A DNA stretch of 64,000 nucleotides from Macrostomum lignano (GCA_002269645.1 NIVC01000553.1:94554-158553); one strand, 5' to 3'. Counted from the first letter of the stretch, positions 26,902-41,124 are shown. Notes: generated by a model from the sequence alone, not told the origin. Numbers and translations: made by a program.

Positions 26902-27039
26902 GTAAACTTTTGCCTGACATCAGATCGGATGGACTGAGCATCGTTAATTGAGGATCTTCTGGAATTCAGATATCAAAAAGGGATTCCGGATTGGAGACAG
27001 ATGGCAGAGTTGTCACTGAGTAATGGATAGAGATTATCG

Positions 27040-27560
27040 ACTAGAAAAGAGATTAGACATCAGAGAGATTAGACATTGGATACATTAGATATCAGATAGA
27101 TTAGATATCAGATAGATTAGATATGACTAGAAAAGATTATATTAGATTATCGACTAGAAAAAAGATTAGACATCAGAGATATTAGACATTGGATAGATTA
27201 GATATCAGATGGATTATATATCATGGATAGATTGGATATCAGATAGATTAGATATCAGATGGATTAGACATCAGATGGATTAGACATCATATAAATTAGA
27301 TATCATATAGATTAGATATCAGATAGATTAGATATCAGATAGATTAGACATCAGATGGATTAGACATCAGATAGATTAGATATCATAGATTAGACATCAG
27401 ATGGATTAGATATTGGATAGATTAGATATCGGATATATTATATATTATATAGATTAGATATCAGATAAATTAGATATCAGATGGATTAGATATTGGATAG
27501 ATTAAATATCAGAAATAAATTATAGATCAGATACCAGTGAGATTAGAGATCAGAGAGATT
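27040..27560. repeat. Degenerate AGATTAGATATCAGAT-type minisatellite
   Basis: Imperfect tandem repetition. Confidence 0.8.
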
Positions 27561-27848
27561 CACTATACGGACTAAAAATCGGAGAAATCTGTGTAGAATA
27601 TATTATATAGACAGAGAGATCAGTTCATATCACACAGAGATGAGATATCGGAGGGAATTAAGATCAGACAGAGATATCCGACATGATGCAGGAGGGGATT
27701 AGAGTAACAGCCAAAAGTTATGGTCGCACTCCACCTGTTCAAGCATCAAATATAATTTCCCACTGCTTCACTGAACCAGAGAGAGGCTTATCGTTAAGCT
27801 GAAGGTCTTTTTACATTTTTCGATTTTGACAATAAACTTTTTTTCTAG

Positions 27849-27968
27849 GAGATTAAGAATGGCCTAAACTTCTTTTCTGGATACACTGGCATTTGTTCAA
27901 GTCTTCAAATACCCTGGATGTACTCATACTTAGGAGTAATAAACATTGCGGATGCACATCTGACTGAA
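27849..27968 (+). CDS. Probable exon segment of the pre-Ig domain, interrupted by a 32-bp array
   Basis: Acceptor ttttttctag|; EIKNGLNFFSGYTGICSSLQIPWMYSYLGVINIADAHLTE then a stop in the first array unit; resembles the C..L....YIFFL segment preceding the Ig domain of NRG2 (from memory). Confidence 0.45.
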
Positions 27969-28610
27969 TGACAAACATTGAGGATGTACATCTGACTGAG
28001 CGACAAACATTGAGGATGTACACCTGACTGAGTGACAAACATTGAGGATGTACATCTGACTGAGTGGCACACATTGAGGATGTACATCTGACTGAGTGAC
28101 AAACATTGAGGATGTACATCTGACTGAGTGGCACACATTGAGGATGTACATCTGACTGAGCGACAAACATTGAGGATGTACATCTGACTGAGTAACAAAC
28201 ATTGCGGATGTACATCTGACTGAGCGACAAACATTGAGGATGTACACCTGACTGAGTGACAAACATTGAGGATGTACATCTGACTGAGTGGCACACATTG
28301 AGGATGTACATCTGACTGAGCGACAAACATTGAGGATGTACATCTGACTGAGTAACAAACATTGCGGATGTACATCTGACTGAGCGACAAACATTGAGGA
28401 TGTACATCTGACTGAGCGACAAACATTGAGGATGTACATCTGACTGAGCGACAAACATTGAGGATGTACATCTGACTGAGCGACAAACATTGAGAATGTA
28501 CATCTGACTGAGCGGCAAACATTGAGAATGTACATCTGACTGAGCGGCAAACATTGCGGATGTGCACCTGACTGAGTGACAAACATTTCCGATGTACATC
28601 TGACTGAATA
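27940..28610. repeat. Minisatellite, 32-bp unit ACAAACATTGAGGATGTACATCTGACTGAGCG, 21 copies
   Basis: GAT at 27951 and GAT at 28591 are 640 bp (20 x 32) apart. Confidence 0.95.
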
Positions 28611-28660
28611 TCAAAGATTGAAGATCCAACCAAGAATAACCCTCAACTTCAACTTGGCAG

Positions 28661-28850
28661 CCTCCCAACCGGAAGTGGTTTTCCCCGAGAAGAACAACAT
28701 CGAGATCAATGAAGGCAAAACTCTGATTGTAAAGTGCCGCGCCAAAGGCAAGCCGAATCCGAAAATTGTGTGGATTAAAAATCAGCGAAATTTGGCTTTG
28801 AGCAACAACGTGAACGTTCAGCAGGAGGAAATCAACAGGGACGAATCGCA
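28661..28850 (+). CDS. Neuregulin-like gene, Ig I-set domain exon 1 (5' boundary may be 28624 or 28661)
   Basis: SQPEVV...EGKTLIVKCRAKGKPNPKIVWIKN is a classic I-set B-C strand motif; donor CA|GTGAGT at 28851 (phase 2). Confidence 0.85.
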
Positions 28851-29029
28851 GTGAGTTGAATTCGTTTATCTTTTTTAATCAATATAGATAGATCAATTCC
28901 CATCTTGATGACAGAGATACCTCAAGATCATAACTAGTTTTTATTTAAAAATTCCATTCAGGTCATAATGCTGTCAAGTGCTTTAGTGCCAACGTTAAAG
29001 ATTCAATTAATATCATGCAGATTTTCTTC

Positions 29030-30045
29030 AAGGTTATCTAGACTTCGTCAAGGTCATTTAAATTTCCTCAAGGTCATTTAGATTTCCTCAAGGCCACGTA
29101 GATTCCTTCAAGGTCATATAGATTCCCCCAAAGTCATGTAGCTTCTCTCAAGGTCATGTAGAATTGTAGATTCCTTCAAGCTCATTAAGATTGCCTGAAG
29201 GTCATGTAGATTCCCTTAAGGTCATATAAGATTCCTTCCAGTTCATGTAGCTTGCCTCAAGATCATTTAGATACCTTTAAGGGCATATGAATTCTTTTAA
29301 GGTAATGTACTTTCCCTCAAGTTAATTTAGACTCCTTCAAAGTCATATAGATTCTCTCAAGTTCACGTAGACTCCTTCAAGGTCATATGGATTCTCTCAA
29401 GTTCACGTAAACTCCTTCAAGGTCATATAGATTCTCTCAAGTTCACGTAGACTCCTTCAAGGTCATATGGATTCTCTCAAGTTCATGTAAACTCCTTCAA
29501 GGTCATATGGATTCTCTCAAGTTCACGTAGACTCCTTCAAGGTCATATGGATTCTCTCAAGTTCACGTAAGCTCCTTCAAGGTCATATGGATTCTCTCAA
29601 GTTCACGTAAACTCCTTCAAGGTCATATGGATTCTCTCAAGTTCACGTAAACTCCTTCAAGGTCATATGGATTCTCTCAAGTTCACGTGACTCCTTCAAG
29701 ATCATATGGATTCTCTCAAGTTCACGTAAACTCATTCAAGGTCATATGAATTCTCTAAAGTTCACGTAAACTCCTTCAAGGTCATATAGATCCTCTCAAG
29801 TTCACGTAAGCTCCTTCAAGGTCATATGGATTCTCTCAAGTTCACGTAAGCTCCTTCAAGGTCATATGGATTCTCTCAAGTTCACGTAGACTCCTTCAAG
29901 GTCATATGGATTCTCTCAAGTTCACGTAAACTCCTTCAAGGTCATATGGATTCTCTCAAGTTCACGTAAACTCCTTCAAGGTCATATAGATCCTCTCAAG
30001 TTCATGTAGACTCCTTCATGGTCATGTAAATTCCCTCAAGGTCAC
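29030..30045. repeat. Minisatellite, 40-bp unit made of two diverged 20-mers
   Basis: TTCAAGGTCATATGGATTCT + CTCAAGTTCACGTAAACTCC. Confidence 0.95.
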
Positions 30046-30128
30046 GAGAATATGCTAGTAGGTATTGAAGATGCTTAAAGTTTTTTTCGAACTTCAAAGC
30101 CTCCCAAAAAACTGCCCAAATCTTTCAG

Positions 30129-30241
30129 ACAGTTGGTTTCCACGCTGCAAATTTCTCGGATCCAGTTGAAAGATGCCGGAAATTACACCTGCAAGGCTGA
30201 GAATAACCACGGATCCATACAGAAGTGGGTCTACGTTGCGG
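30129..30241 (+). CDS. Neuregulin-like gene, Ig domain exon 2
   Basis: Acceptor tctttcag|, phase 2 joins the previous exon; STLQISRIQLKDAGNYTCKAENNHG carries the D-x-G-x-Y-x-C motif; donor G|GTGAGT. Confidence 0.92.
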
Positions 30242-30264
30242 GTGAGTTGCTGGGAAAGAGGATA

Positions 30265-31320
30265 AGATGAAATGAGGGAAAGATATATGAGACAGAATGG
30301 AATAGATAAGATAAAATTGGAGAGAGATATAGGAGGAGAGATGAGATAGATTTAAAAATAGATGAGATAAAATAGAAAAGAGATGAGATAGAATGAGAGA
30401 GAGATGAGATAGAATGAGAGAGAGATGAGTTAGAATGAGAGAGAGATGAGATAGAATGAGAAAGAGATGAGATAGAATGAGAGAGAGATGAGATAGAATG
30501 AGAGAGAGATGAGTTAGAATGAGAGAGAGATGAGATAGAATGAGAGAGAGATGAGTTAGAATGAGAGAGAGATGAAATAGAATGAGAGAGAGATGAGATA
30601 GAATGAGAGAGAGATGAGATAGAATGAGAAAGAGATGAGATAGAATGAGAGAGAGATGAGATAGAATGAGAGAGAGAGATGAGATAGAATGAGAAAGAGA
30701 TGAGATAGAATGAGAGAGAGAGATGAGTTAGAAAGAGAGAGAGATGAGATAGAATGAGAGAGAGATGAGATAGAATGAGAGAGAGATGAGATAGAATGAG
30801 ATAGAATGAGATAGAACGAGAGTGAGATGACATAGAATGAGATAGAATGGAAGAGAGATGAGATAGAATGAGATAGAATGGGAGAGAGATGAGATAGAAT
30901 GAGAAAGAGATGAGATAGAAAGAGAGAGAGATGAGATAGAATGAGAGAGAGATGAGTTAGAATGAGAGAGAGATGAGATAGAATGAGAGAGAGATGAGAT
31001 AGAATGAGAGAGAGATGAGATAGAATGAGAAAGAGATGAGATAGAATGAGAGAGAGATGAGATAGAATGAGAGAGAGAGATGAGATAGAATGAGAAAGAG
31101 ATGAGATAGAATGAGAGAGAGAGATGAGTTAGAAAGAGAGAGAGATGAGATAGAATGAGAGAGAGATGAGATAGAATGAGAGAGAGATGAGATAGAATGA
31201 GATAGAATGAGATAGAACGAGAGTGAGATGACATAGAATGAGATAAAATGGGAGAGAGATGAGATAGAATGAGATAGAATGGGAGAGAGATGAGATAGAA
31301 TGAGATAGAATGGGAATGAG
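30265..31320. repeat. GAGATGAGATAGAATGAGA-type minisatellite
   Basis: Purine-rich tandem repetition. Confidence 0.92.
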
Positions 31321-31946
31321 ACAAGCACACAGAGAGCAACAAAAAAGCTCTGCTGCTTGCGCAGGCAAAGCAATTATTGATATCCGATGCCTCAGCTACT
31401 CTCTCACGCCCCCCCCCAATCCTGTGTCGCGTCTGCTTTCAGTTCAGAGCCTGCTGTCCACAAGCAGTCCAGCAACCGACAGCCTCGCTGCAAGCGGTAT
31501 CGGTGAGAGACATCTGGCTGCTGTGTGGGCATTGATTTCTCCAAACTTTCAAACCAAAGACAAGTCAGTCCCGCATCTCTTGCTTGTTTGTCTTCTTCTT
31601 CTAGCCAAAAAGACTTTCGGTTCGTTATTGAAGTGCACATCGATTATTTTATTTCCAACTCTGATTTTCATAAATCTGTCACACTGATCTTCTTATGGGT
31701 GACATTTCGTTAAGCTCAGATTTCTCATCTAGAAAATTTTCATTCAATTAGCTAATTCCAGATTATTTGAGTTGTCTGCTAAATCGAATTTGCGAGGTAC
31801 GGCTACTTAGTGACCATTTTGTAATTAGATGCAAATTGTAGAGCTTGAGCTGACAAAGCTTCATCAACTTAATTGGATCAATATTGATTTATGGATACCT
31901 AAGGAATGAGGAATTGCAACAATAAATATTTCTCCATAATTTTCAG

Positions 31947-32019
31947 ATCCCTGTCCGCTGCAGTACTGCCTCAACAATGGGACTTGCAGCAGCTTTCGTG
32001 GCGGCATCAAGTTCTGCAA
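31947..32019 (+). CDS. Neuregulin-like gene, EGF domain exon a (C1-C4)
   Basis: tttcag|, phase 1 joins; DPCPLQYCLNNGTCSSFRGGIKFC; donor AA|GTATGC. Confidence 0.92.
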
Positions 32020-32048
32020 GTATGCTGCCCACATGTACTGCCACTGTG

Positions 32049-33075
<1,027 letters not shown>

Positions 33076-33859
33076 ATAGAGCATAGAAGCGCACTCGAAG
33101 ACCCAATTTCCAGTTTCGACAGAAAACTGTACAAACAAAGCAGAATCCCTGAAGCTGTCAGTCAGTCTGCAGCGTCAGTTCAGCATATCTAACCCCTGGC
33201 TCATTCCATCGGGAACGCACTTGTGTTTGCTATACGAGGCCTCTCAGAGGACTAATCAGTGCCTGTAAATGAAAGCTCCGTGCCCGCCCCCTTTGTCCAG
33301 CCCTGTAAAACGAGAATTTCGCAGCTGCCAGTGGACAGGCGGACCCGTGCAAATCGCATGCAGACGGGGCCCAGTAGCTTAATTAAATAATTATGCTCAA
33401 AAAGGGACGCTACGGAATAGTGTGTGTTTTAGTCGGGTCTTCCCTCTCTGGCTTGGACAAGGAGGCAGAGACAGTCAGTTGAGCTGAGTGAGAAGTGAGC
33501 TGCGCGTGTATGCAAGAGTATCTCAAACCTGAGTAGTGCTCACAGAACAGCAGACTTGTTGGAGCCTCTGTCAATTCGTCTCCACGTTTGTCCATCTCGT
33601 GCGCTGAAACTTCTGGTGTCAAGACTCTGTTTTCCCTCTGTTTGAATTGAGTCAAAAGAAAAGCGATGAAAATGCCACCTTTCGTGCGCTATGGAATTAA
33701 TAATTGCGTTTTATTGTTTGTCAGTGCCAATGGATTCACAGATGCATCGGCTGCAGCTGTATTGTTTAGAGGGTCGGCTTGTGAAGTAACAGTTTTTGTA
33801 TTTTTCATTTCAAAGAATTTTAGAAGCTAAAAAAAGTTTTGACTACTCAGACGAGGAGG

Positions 33860-34262
33860 AGTGGAGTGGGTGAAGGAGTGAGGTGGGTGAGGAAGTGAGA
33901 AAATGGGGTGGGTGAAGGACAAGGACGACTAAAGTAACGTACCTGGTATATATCGTTTAAAGTAACGTCTATTTAAGTAGTCCTTGATGGAGGAGTGAGG
34001 TGGGTGAAGGAGTGAGGTGGGTGAGGGAGTGAGGTGGGTGAGGGAGTGAGGTGGGTAAGGAAGTGAGGTGGGTGAGGGAGTGAGGTGGGTGAGGGAGTGA
34101 GGTGGGTGAGGGAGTGAGGTGGGTAAGGGAGTGAGGTGGGTAAGGGAGTGAGGTGGGTAAGGGAGTGAGGTGGGTGAGGGAGTGAGGTGGGTGAGGGAGT
34201 GAGGTGGATGAGGGAGTGAGGTGGGTGAAGCAGTGGGGTGGGTGAAGCAGTGGGGTGGGTGA
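33860..34262. repeat. G-rich minisatellite, 17-bp unit GAGTGAGGTGGGTGAGG (interrupted at about 33930-33990)
   Basis: Tandem repetition. Confidence 0.9.
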
Positions 34263-35772
34263 GAGATGATAAATTCGAGATGAACTGCTATCATTCATCT
34301 GATGAAGAAAATGAATTCATCAAAGGTAAAGCCAATCGCATGGTTGAGAAGCATTATAATGATGCAATGTAAAATATCTGGGCAGCAGGCAACACTAACA
34401 AGGCAGGGTCTTGCAGCAGGACCCAATCATTCAGAATCTTATCAAGCGCTAGCAGCTATTCTATAAAAGCGTCCTTAGATATTCCATTTTCCACACCTGA
34501 CCAATTCTTTACGGTACACAAGCGGCTAAGAGATTGTCAATAATGATGGATGATCAGAAGCAGAGTATAGACTCACAGAATGCCCTCGACCATTTCTCCC
34601 TTAGAGCTCCCCCCCCCCTGATACAGCAATTATTGTGGCTGGAGATTGTGAGCGCGCTTGATTGCCACCGCAACGCGTCTGCGTGCATGGGGGATTCTTC
34701 GTTTTTATCTCTTCGGCTTGAGCACTAGGGGGTGGGGGGGGTTGCGATGAGCATCACGCAGCAGAGATAGGGGGTGGGGGGTGTTGACGAGACAGATCGT
34801 CTTTCTTTCTTTCTTAGGCTATAGCTATAATACTTTTTTAAAATTCCCATCTTCTCGCAGCTCTCATCCTCTCCCAAAGTTCCACCGCCAACCGTTCCAT
34901 TCATTACCCATCCAGCTCCCAAGTTTCCCTCAGGCGGCATTTCCCTATGATGATGCGGCTCTTAATAATCGTAGCTTCAGGGATTATTCCATTTCAATCG
35001 GCCCTATAGGCCCCATCAATATCCGTCTCTATATATACATCTTATGGCCGGCTTAGTGATAAGAAAAGTTCAGATATTTAATGGACATGGGGACAGATCG
35101 GATCCTGCAGTGCCGATTTTCTAAGAAATGCGCGAGAGACAAATTCCGCAAAAAAAGACTGATGCCTTTAATGCTGGGTAGTTAGGCATGCGATTAGCGC
35201 TGCATTTGCAGATATTGACTACGAGCTAGTTTGGCTGATCCCCAAACTAATCCGTAAATCCTCCGAGTTTCCCTGCCCCCAACTGGCACGCAGTTGGGAT
35301 TATTGAAGCTGACTAAATTCGGCCTTTGGGTTGGCAGCTTAAAAAAAACGATTAATTATTTAGATTAATCTTTGCGATTAGAAAAAGAAAAAAACTTGAA
35401 CAGTTGGGACTTAATGAGGCCTGACTTATTCGTGTTTCAAGCCTCAACTCTTGACCCCAACCCCCAAGGCACAAAGAGTGTACATGCTACATCCTTGATG
35501 ATTAGAAAGTCAAAGGGCCACGCCACTGTACACCCTGTGTGAGCGTGTGTAATAAGTGCGTGCGTACAGTATGGTTGTGGGAAGGTGTCGCAATATGCAA
35601 TCGAGTTCGTAAGAATGAACTCAAGTAGTTTTCTGTTGCCATGACATTTACTGTGAAACATACATGCAGAAGAATATCCCAGAATCTCCCAGCCACTGAC
35701 TCATTAAAAGATTCTGAATTCACCGCAGCTGTTACAATCCCACTCCAACAAAATTTCTCCCCGCCAACGCAG

Positions 35773-35861
35773 CTGTTCGCATCCCTACCAGGGAGACCGG
35801 TGCGAGAGGAGCGCTATACCCTACAAGAATTACACAGAGTCCTGCAAGGGCAAGGTTCTGG
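35773..35861 (+). CDS. Neuregulin-like gene, EGF domain exon b (C5-C6) and stalk
   Basis: Phase 2 joins (AA+C = N); CSHPYQGDRCE has the Y-x-G-x-R-C motif of ErbB ligands; donor G|GTGAGT. Confidence 0.92.
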
Positions 35862-36139
35862 GTGAGTGATCGCGCATCCTCTTCTAACACACTGGGGGGG
35901 GGGAGGGGGTTGTCTGAATGCAAGCAATAGACATTTTATAAGACCTGGCATTTGCGTGTAAGCGTCAATCATACACTTGACTGAACGGTGACTTGAGAAG
36001 TTTCAGTTTGCTGTTTTCTGGTATACTTTTGTACGTGTATTGTGTTATATAATATATGTGTGAGTGTTTGTATTAGTCTCATTTGTTGCTTCTATTTTTG
36101 TGTGACATTCTTGCGGAATATGTAGTTAAGGAAATCGGA

Positions 36140-37545
36140 AGCAGTGGTAGACTCTTTACCTACCTGTGAATTAGTAGTAGACTCTTGTACCTACCTGTGA
36201 ATTAGTAGTAGACTCTTGTACCTACCTGTGAATTAGTAGTAGACTCTTGTACCTACCTGTGAATTAGTAGTAGATTCTTGTATCTACCTGTGAATTAGTA
36301 GTAGACTCTTGTACCTACCTGTGAATTAGTAGTAGACTCTTGTACCTACCTGTGAATTAGTAGTAGACTCTTGTACCTACCTGTGAATTAGTAGTAGACT
36401 CTTTTACCTACCTGTGAATTAGTAGTAGATTCTTGTACCTACCTGTGAATTAGTAGTAGACTCTTGTACCTACCTGTGAATTAGTAGTAGACTCTTGTAC
36501 CTACCTGTGAGTTAGTAGTAGACTCTTGTACCTACCTGTGAGTTAGTAGTAGACTCTTGTACCTACCTGTGAATTAGTGGTAGACTCTTGTACCTACCTG
36601 TGAATTAGTAGTAGATTCTTGTAACTACCTGTGAATTAGTAGTAGACTCTTGTAACTACCTGTGAATTAGTAGTAGACTCTTTTACCTACCTGTGAATTA
36701 GTAGTAGACTCTTGTAACTACCTGTGAATTAGTAGTAGACTCTTGTACCTACCTGTGAATTAGTAGTAGACTCTTTTACCTACCTGTGAATTAGTAGTAG
36801 ATTCTTGTAACTACCTGTGAATTAGTAGTAGACTCTTGTACCTACCTGTGAATTAGTAGTAGACTCTTGTACCTACCTGTGAGTTAGTAGTAGACTCTTG
36901 TACCTACCTGTGGGTTAGTAGTAGACTCTTGTACCTACCTGTGAGTTAGTAGTAGACTCTTGTACCTACCTGTGAATTAGTGGTAGACTCTTGTACCTAC
37001 CTGTGAATTAGTAGTAGATTCTTGTAACTACCTGTGAATTAGTAGTAAACTCTTGTAACTACCTGTGAATTAGTAGTAGACTAGTGTAACTACCTGTGAG
37101 TTAGTAGTAGACTCTTGTACCTACCTGTGAGTTAGTAGTAGACTCTTGTACCTACCTGTGAGTTAGTAGTAGACTCTTGTACCTACCTGTGAGTTAGTAG
37201 TACTCTTGTAACTACCTGTGAATTAGTAGTAGACTCTTGTACCTACCTGTAAGTTAGTAGTAGACTCTTGTACCTACCTGTGAGTTAGTAGTAGACTCTT
37301 GTACCTACCTGTGAGTTAGTAGTAGACTCTTGTACCTACCTGTGAGTTAGTAGTAGACTCTTGTACCTACCTGTGAGTTAGTAGTAGACTCTTGTACCTA
37401 CCTGTGAGTTAGTAGTAGACTCTTGTACCTACCTGTGAGTTAGTAGTAGACTCTTGTACCTACCTGTGAGTTAGTAGTAGACTCTTGTACCTACCTGTGA
37501 GTTAGTAGTAGACTAGTGTAACTACCTGTAAGTTTGTAGTACACA
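36140..37545. repeat. Minisatellite, 31-bp unit GTAGTAGACTCTTGTACCTACCTGTGAATTA, about 45 copies
   Basis: Tandem repetition. Confidence 0.97.
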
Positions 37546-37640
37546 ATAAACAACTGCAGGGGTAAACCTCACAAAAAGGTCAGCTAAATATAACAAATCT
37601 ACTAAATTTGACAAACCCGCAGACTGCTTCCATCGCACAG

Positions 37641-37722
37641 ACAGAATATTAACTGTAACAGGCATTGGTCTAGTAATGACTATGTTCTTCCTAATCCTGC
37701 TAATCTCCTGGTACCTGTCCAG
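37641..37722 (+). CDS. Neuregulin-like gene, transmembrane exon
   Basis: Phase 1 joins; DRILTVTGIGLVMTMFFLILLISWYLSR resembles the neuregulin TM start RVLTITGICIALL; donor AG|GTGAGT. Confidence 0.9.
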
Positions 37723-37812
37723 GTGAGTTGACTAGATATTTCTAATGTATTATTATCATAATAATACCTGAACTACGCAACGTCAACTTAAAAAAAATTC
37801 TATACTCGACAG

Positions 37813-37873
37813 ACAAAGACGCAGAGACTTCGATTTTTGGAGGCAAGCAAAACGGGAGAACGAGCGTTGCAAG
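37813..37873 (+). CDS. Neuregulin-like gene, juxtamembrane exon
   Basis: Phase 2 joins; basic stop-transfer RQRRR then DFDFWRQAKRENERCK; donor AAG|GTTTGT. Confidence 0.75.
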
Positions 37874-38164
37874 GTTTGTTCAACTGGCCGAAGCTTAGCC
37901 GCATGTTTGCAAATTTGAATCTGAGCTGAGGTAGATTTTAGATATGTACGAGCTAGTTCTGTAAAGAGAAGATTTGAAACAGAGACAACTGATAGATATT
38001 GGACGCCGACCAGAAAAATGCAAGAAAAATGTGTAGTGTAGTGATCGCAGGGTCCCCCCCGCCAGTAAAAGCTATGGGGGCATGCCAATGCTTTGCCCCC
38101 CCCCCCTACCCCTCACCCAACTTTGTGACCCGTTATGGAAATCAAGATTTTGCTTCAGGGGGAC

Positions 38165-38510
38165 AAAATGAGTGCCTGCGGCGCTAAAATGAGTGCCTGC
38201 GGCGCTAAAATGAGTGCCTGCGGCGCTAAAATGAGTGCCTGCGGCGCTAAAATGAGTGCCTGCGGCTCCAAAATGAGTGCCTGCGGAGCTAAAATGAGTG
38301 CCTGCGGCGCTAAAATGAGTGCCTGCGGCGCTAAAATGAGTGCCTGCGGCTCCAAAATGAGTGCCTGCGGAGCTAAAATGAGTGCCTGCGGCTCCAAAAT
38401 GAGTGCCTGCGGTGCTAAAATGAGTGCCTGCGGCGCCAAAATGAGTGCCTGCGGCGCCAAAATGAGTGCCTGCGGCTCCAAAATCAGTGCCTGCGGCGCC
38501 AAAATGAGCG
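38165..38510. repeat. Minisatellite, 21-bp unit GGCGCTAAAATGAGTGCCTGC
   Basis: Tandem repetition; family shared with 13585-14520 and 39275-39650. Confidence 0.95.
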
Positions 38511-38646
38511 CTGAGAACACCAATTCTGAAAATAATGTACGTGTAGGATTATTGGCTTCCTCCTCCCACAATAAAATCCATGGCGACGCTCCTGAGTGGA
38601 TGAAACGCCGACTTCAAGCAGTGGGCGCATCTCCAAGGTCTTTCAG

Positions 38647-38792
38647 TCCCTCGACAGCAATCCTGATTTGGTTATAACTCAGCAGAAGCAACACGCAGTT
38701 TCGCTTAATAATTATGAAGCTGACTGCAGACTTCGACTTACCTCGCTGAGTTCAGTTAAGCCAACGCTCTATAGACTGCAGACGTGCGCAGA
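38647..38792 (+). CDS. Neuregulin-like gene, cytoplasmic exon (acceptor 38638 or 38647)
   Basis: Phase 0 acceptor tttcag|TCC, open to donor GA|GTGAGG (phase 2), which matches the next exon. Confidence 0.55.
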
Positions 38793-39274
38793 GTGAGGAA
38801 TCAGACTCAACTGCTGCACACGCAGGCGACACTTCTGATTAGACTGTGACGACACAGCAGATGGCACGCGATGCTGCAGCTACCGCAGCGCAGAGAGACT
38901 AAGTGGACATTGAAGCTTTGGAGCCAGAGGCCAGTCAATCAAAGTAGTCACAACAGTCTGGAAGAAACACGTAACTGGGGGTCTTTGGGGGTTTGGTTGT
39001 CCATAATTAAAAAATTCGACAATTGTAGAACCTTTAATGAAAATCGTTTTTTTCGTTAGTTGTGAAGCTGCATGCGTACCAACGTTAATTGGTAAATTAA
39101 TGCTACTATTAGTAGGACTGAAGCGTTTTAAACACGCGACACAATACTCAGTTAAAGATGGCAAAACAAAAAGTTGATTATAAATTTTTTCTAGCTAAAA
39201 CAGCCAAGAGATGCTTTCTGGAGTGAGTTAGCAGTGAGACTGGCGAGTGATGCTTGGTGTGAAAGCTCAGTGTG

Positions 39275-39650
39275 GCGCTAAAATGAGTGCCTGCGGCGCT
39301 AAAATGAGTGCCTGCGGTGCTAAAATGAGTGCCTTCGGTGCTAAAATGAGTGCCTGCGGTGCTAAAATGAGTGCCTGCGGCGCTAAAATGAGTGCCTGTG
39401 GCGCTAAAATGAGTGCCTGCGGCGCTAAAATGAGTGCCTGTGGCGCTAAAATGAGTGCCTGCGGCGCTAAAATGAGTGCCTGCGGCGCTAAAATGAGTGT
39501 CTGCGGCGCCAAAATGAGTGTCTGCGGCGCCAAAATGAGTGTCTGCGGCGCCAATTGGCGTCTACAGCGCCAAAATGAGTGTCTGCGGCGCCAAAATGAG
39601 TGTCTGCGGTGCCAAAATGAGTGTCTGCGGCGCCAAAATGAGCGCTGTCA
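39275..39650. repeat. Minisatellite, 21-bp unit GGCGCTAAAATGAGTGCCTGC
   Basis: Tandem repetition. Confidence 0.95.
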
Positions 39651-39807
39651 ACACCGATTCTGAAAATAATGGACATGTAGGAATTTTTTACATGTCAGAA
39701 ATCCATAGCTGCACCCTGATCTCTCGTAGGCATCAAGTTAACAGCCACCAAGACAGTCGAGACCTTTGACAGTTCCTAGGTATATATGAGCATGCATGTG
39801 TACACAG

Positions 39808-40669
39808 ACACGAGCCCAATGCCAACCGATTCCAGAGTGTGCAAGTTGGAAGGCCGCTATGGCAGACGCAGATGTTGCAGCAGCAGCAGCACTACACCAG
39901 CTGCGGGCTGTCTGCTGCGTTACGCACCGTCGGGACAGACGTTGAGTACGACCTCTGCCAGCCCGAGTGGCCAGACTTCGCTGTCAATCAATGTGGCAAC
40001 GCCATCATTGCCGCCAACTCGTCAACTCTCTCGTTGCCGCCTCCATCCTGCCTGTCAGGCAGCGGAGCAGCTGCGGCTCGAAGTCCACCGCCGGAGCCGC
40101 CGCCGGACGCGCTGATTTACCGGCCGTTGCGCTGCCTGCCGAGCGGCGGCGGTGACGCGGGCAGGGGCTTGCAGACTCTGCCGCACCCGTCGTCAATGCG
40201 ACAGCGACAGGCGGCAACCATGGCAGCGAGAGGCCTGCAGCCGAACGCGAGTAACTCGACAGACATCGACTCGGAGATTTGGATCCGTCGAAGTGGCGGC
40301 GGGGCAGCTGTCGATATGGACGACGGTTCAAGCGAAGGAGCTGCTGGAGGGCAGCAGCAGCAGCATCTCTGCTTCTGTTCACCATCCCTGTCGAGCCATC
40401 GCAATCCACACAGACACGCCAGCAGTGACTTGGACGGCACAGACGCTCTAAGCGGCATCGAACCCGCATCCACCGTAGCTGCGGTGGGAATGAACAGCTA
40501 CTGCGACTTCCGGCAGGCAACACCTGCGGCAGCAGCAGCGGGCAAGACGCAGCGGACCAAGCAGAACCAGCCAATGCAGCTGGTTGCTACCCAGCAGCAG
40601 CACAGACTGCAGTACTACTGCCACTGCCCGGAAGGAAATGCCGATGAAGAATCGACAAGCTTATTTTGA
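39808..40669 (+). CDS. Neuregulin-like gene, terminal exon (low-complexity cytoplasmic tail)
   Basis: Acceptor tacacag|A (phase 2); GC-rich ORF to stop at 40667-40669; Q/A/P-rich. Confidence 0.75.
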
Positions 40670-41124
40670 GTTGATTGCTCGCGAAAACTTTAATTTCTTC
40701 ATTTCACCCCCTTCACATCACCTTCACCCAATTAAATTATATACCCGTTGCTCGTATGGAATAATGTTCAACTGCTCTGCCAATACTTATAAATTCAATA
40801 GCAATCGATTGAAGCAATCAGTTCCTACCTCATGCTGTTTGTTCTACAGAAGTCATTAAGTATACATTTGTAGCACCTATTACGAGTAGTATGTTTGCTG
40901 TTACTTATGCTTGCGCCGAAACACTATAGGCAGTAAAATATACGAGTACAGTAATTCTGCATGCCACCACAATGTGATATAACTGGGTCTGGCGCTAAAT
41001 GCAGCTACCTTGCGCCTAGTTAACGTTATGAACTCCTTCTTCTAGAGATGGTCGATGGTTGACGAGAATTCCTTTAGTGTGCAGTAAAATCTGAAGGCTG
41101 CGACCGGCTGTCTAAGACTGAACT

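Noticed and set aside
38546-38640. Neuregulin exon starting at gtgtag|GATTATTGG
   Set aside because: That AG belongs to the shared repeat tail, and the phase does not match the preceding exon (phase 0 gives a stop at 38599-38601 region)
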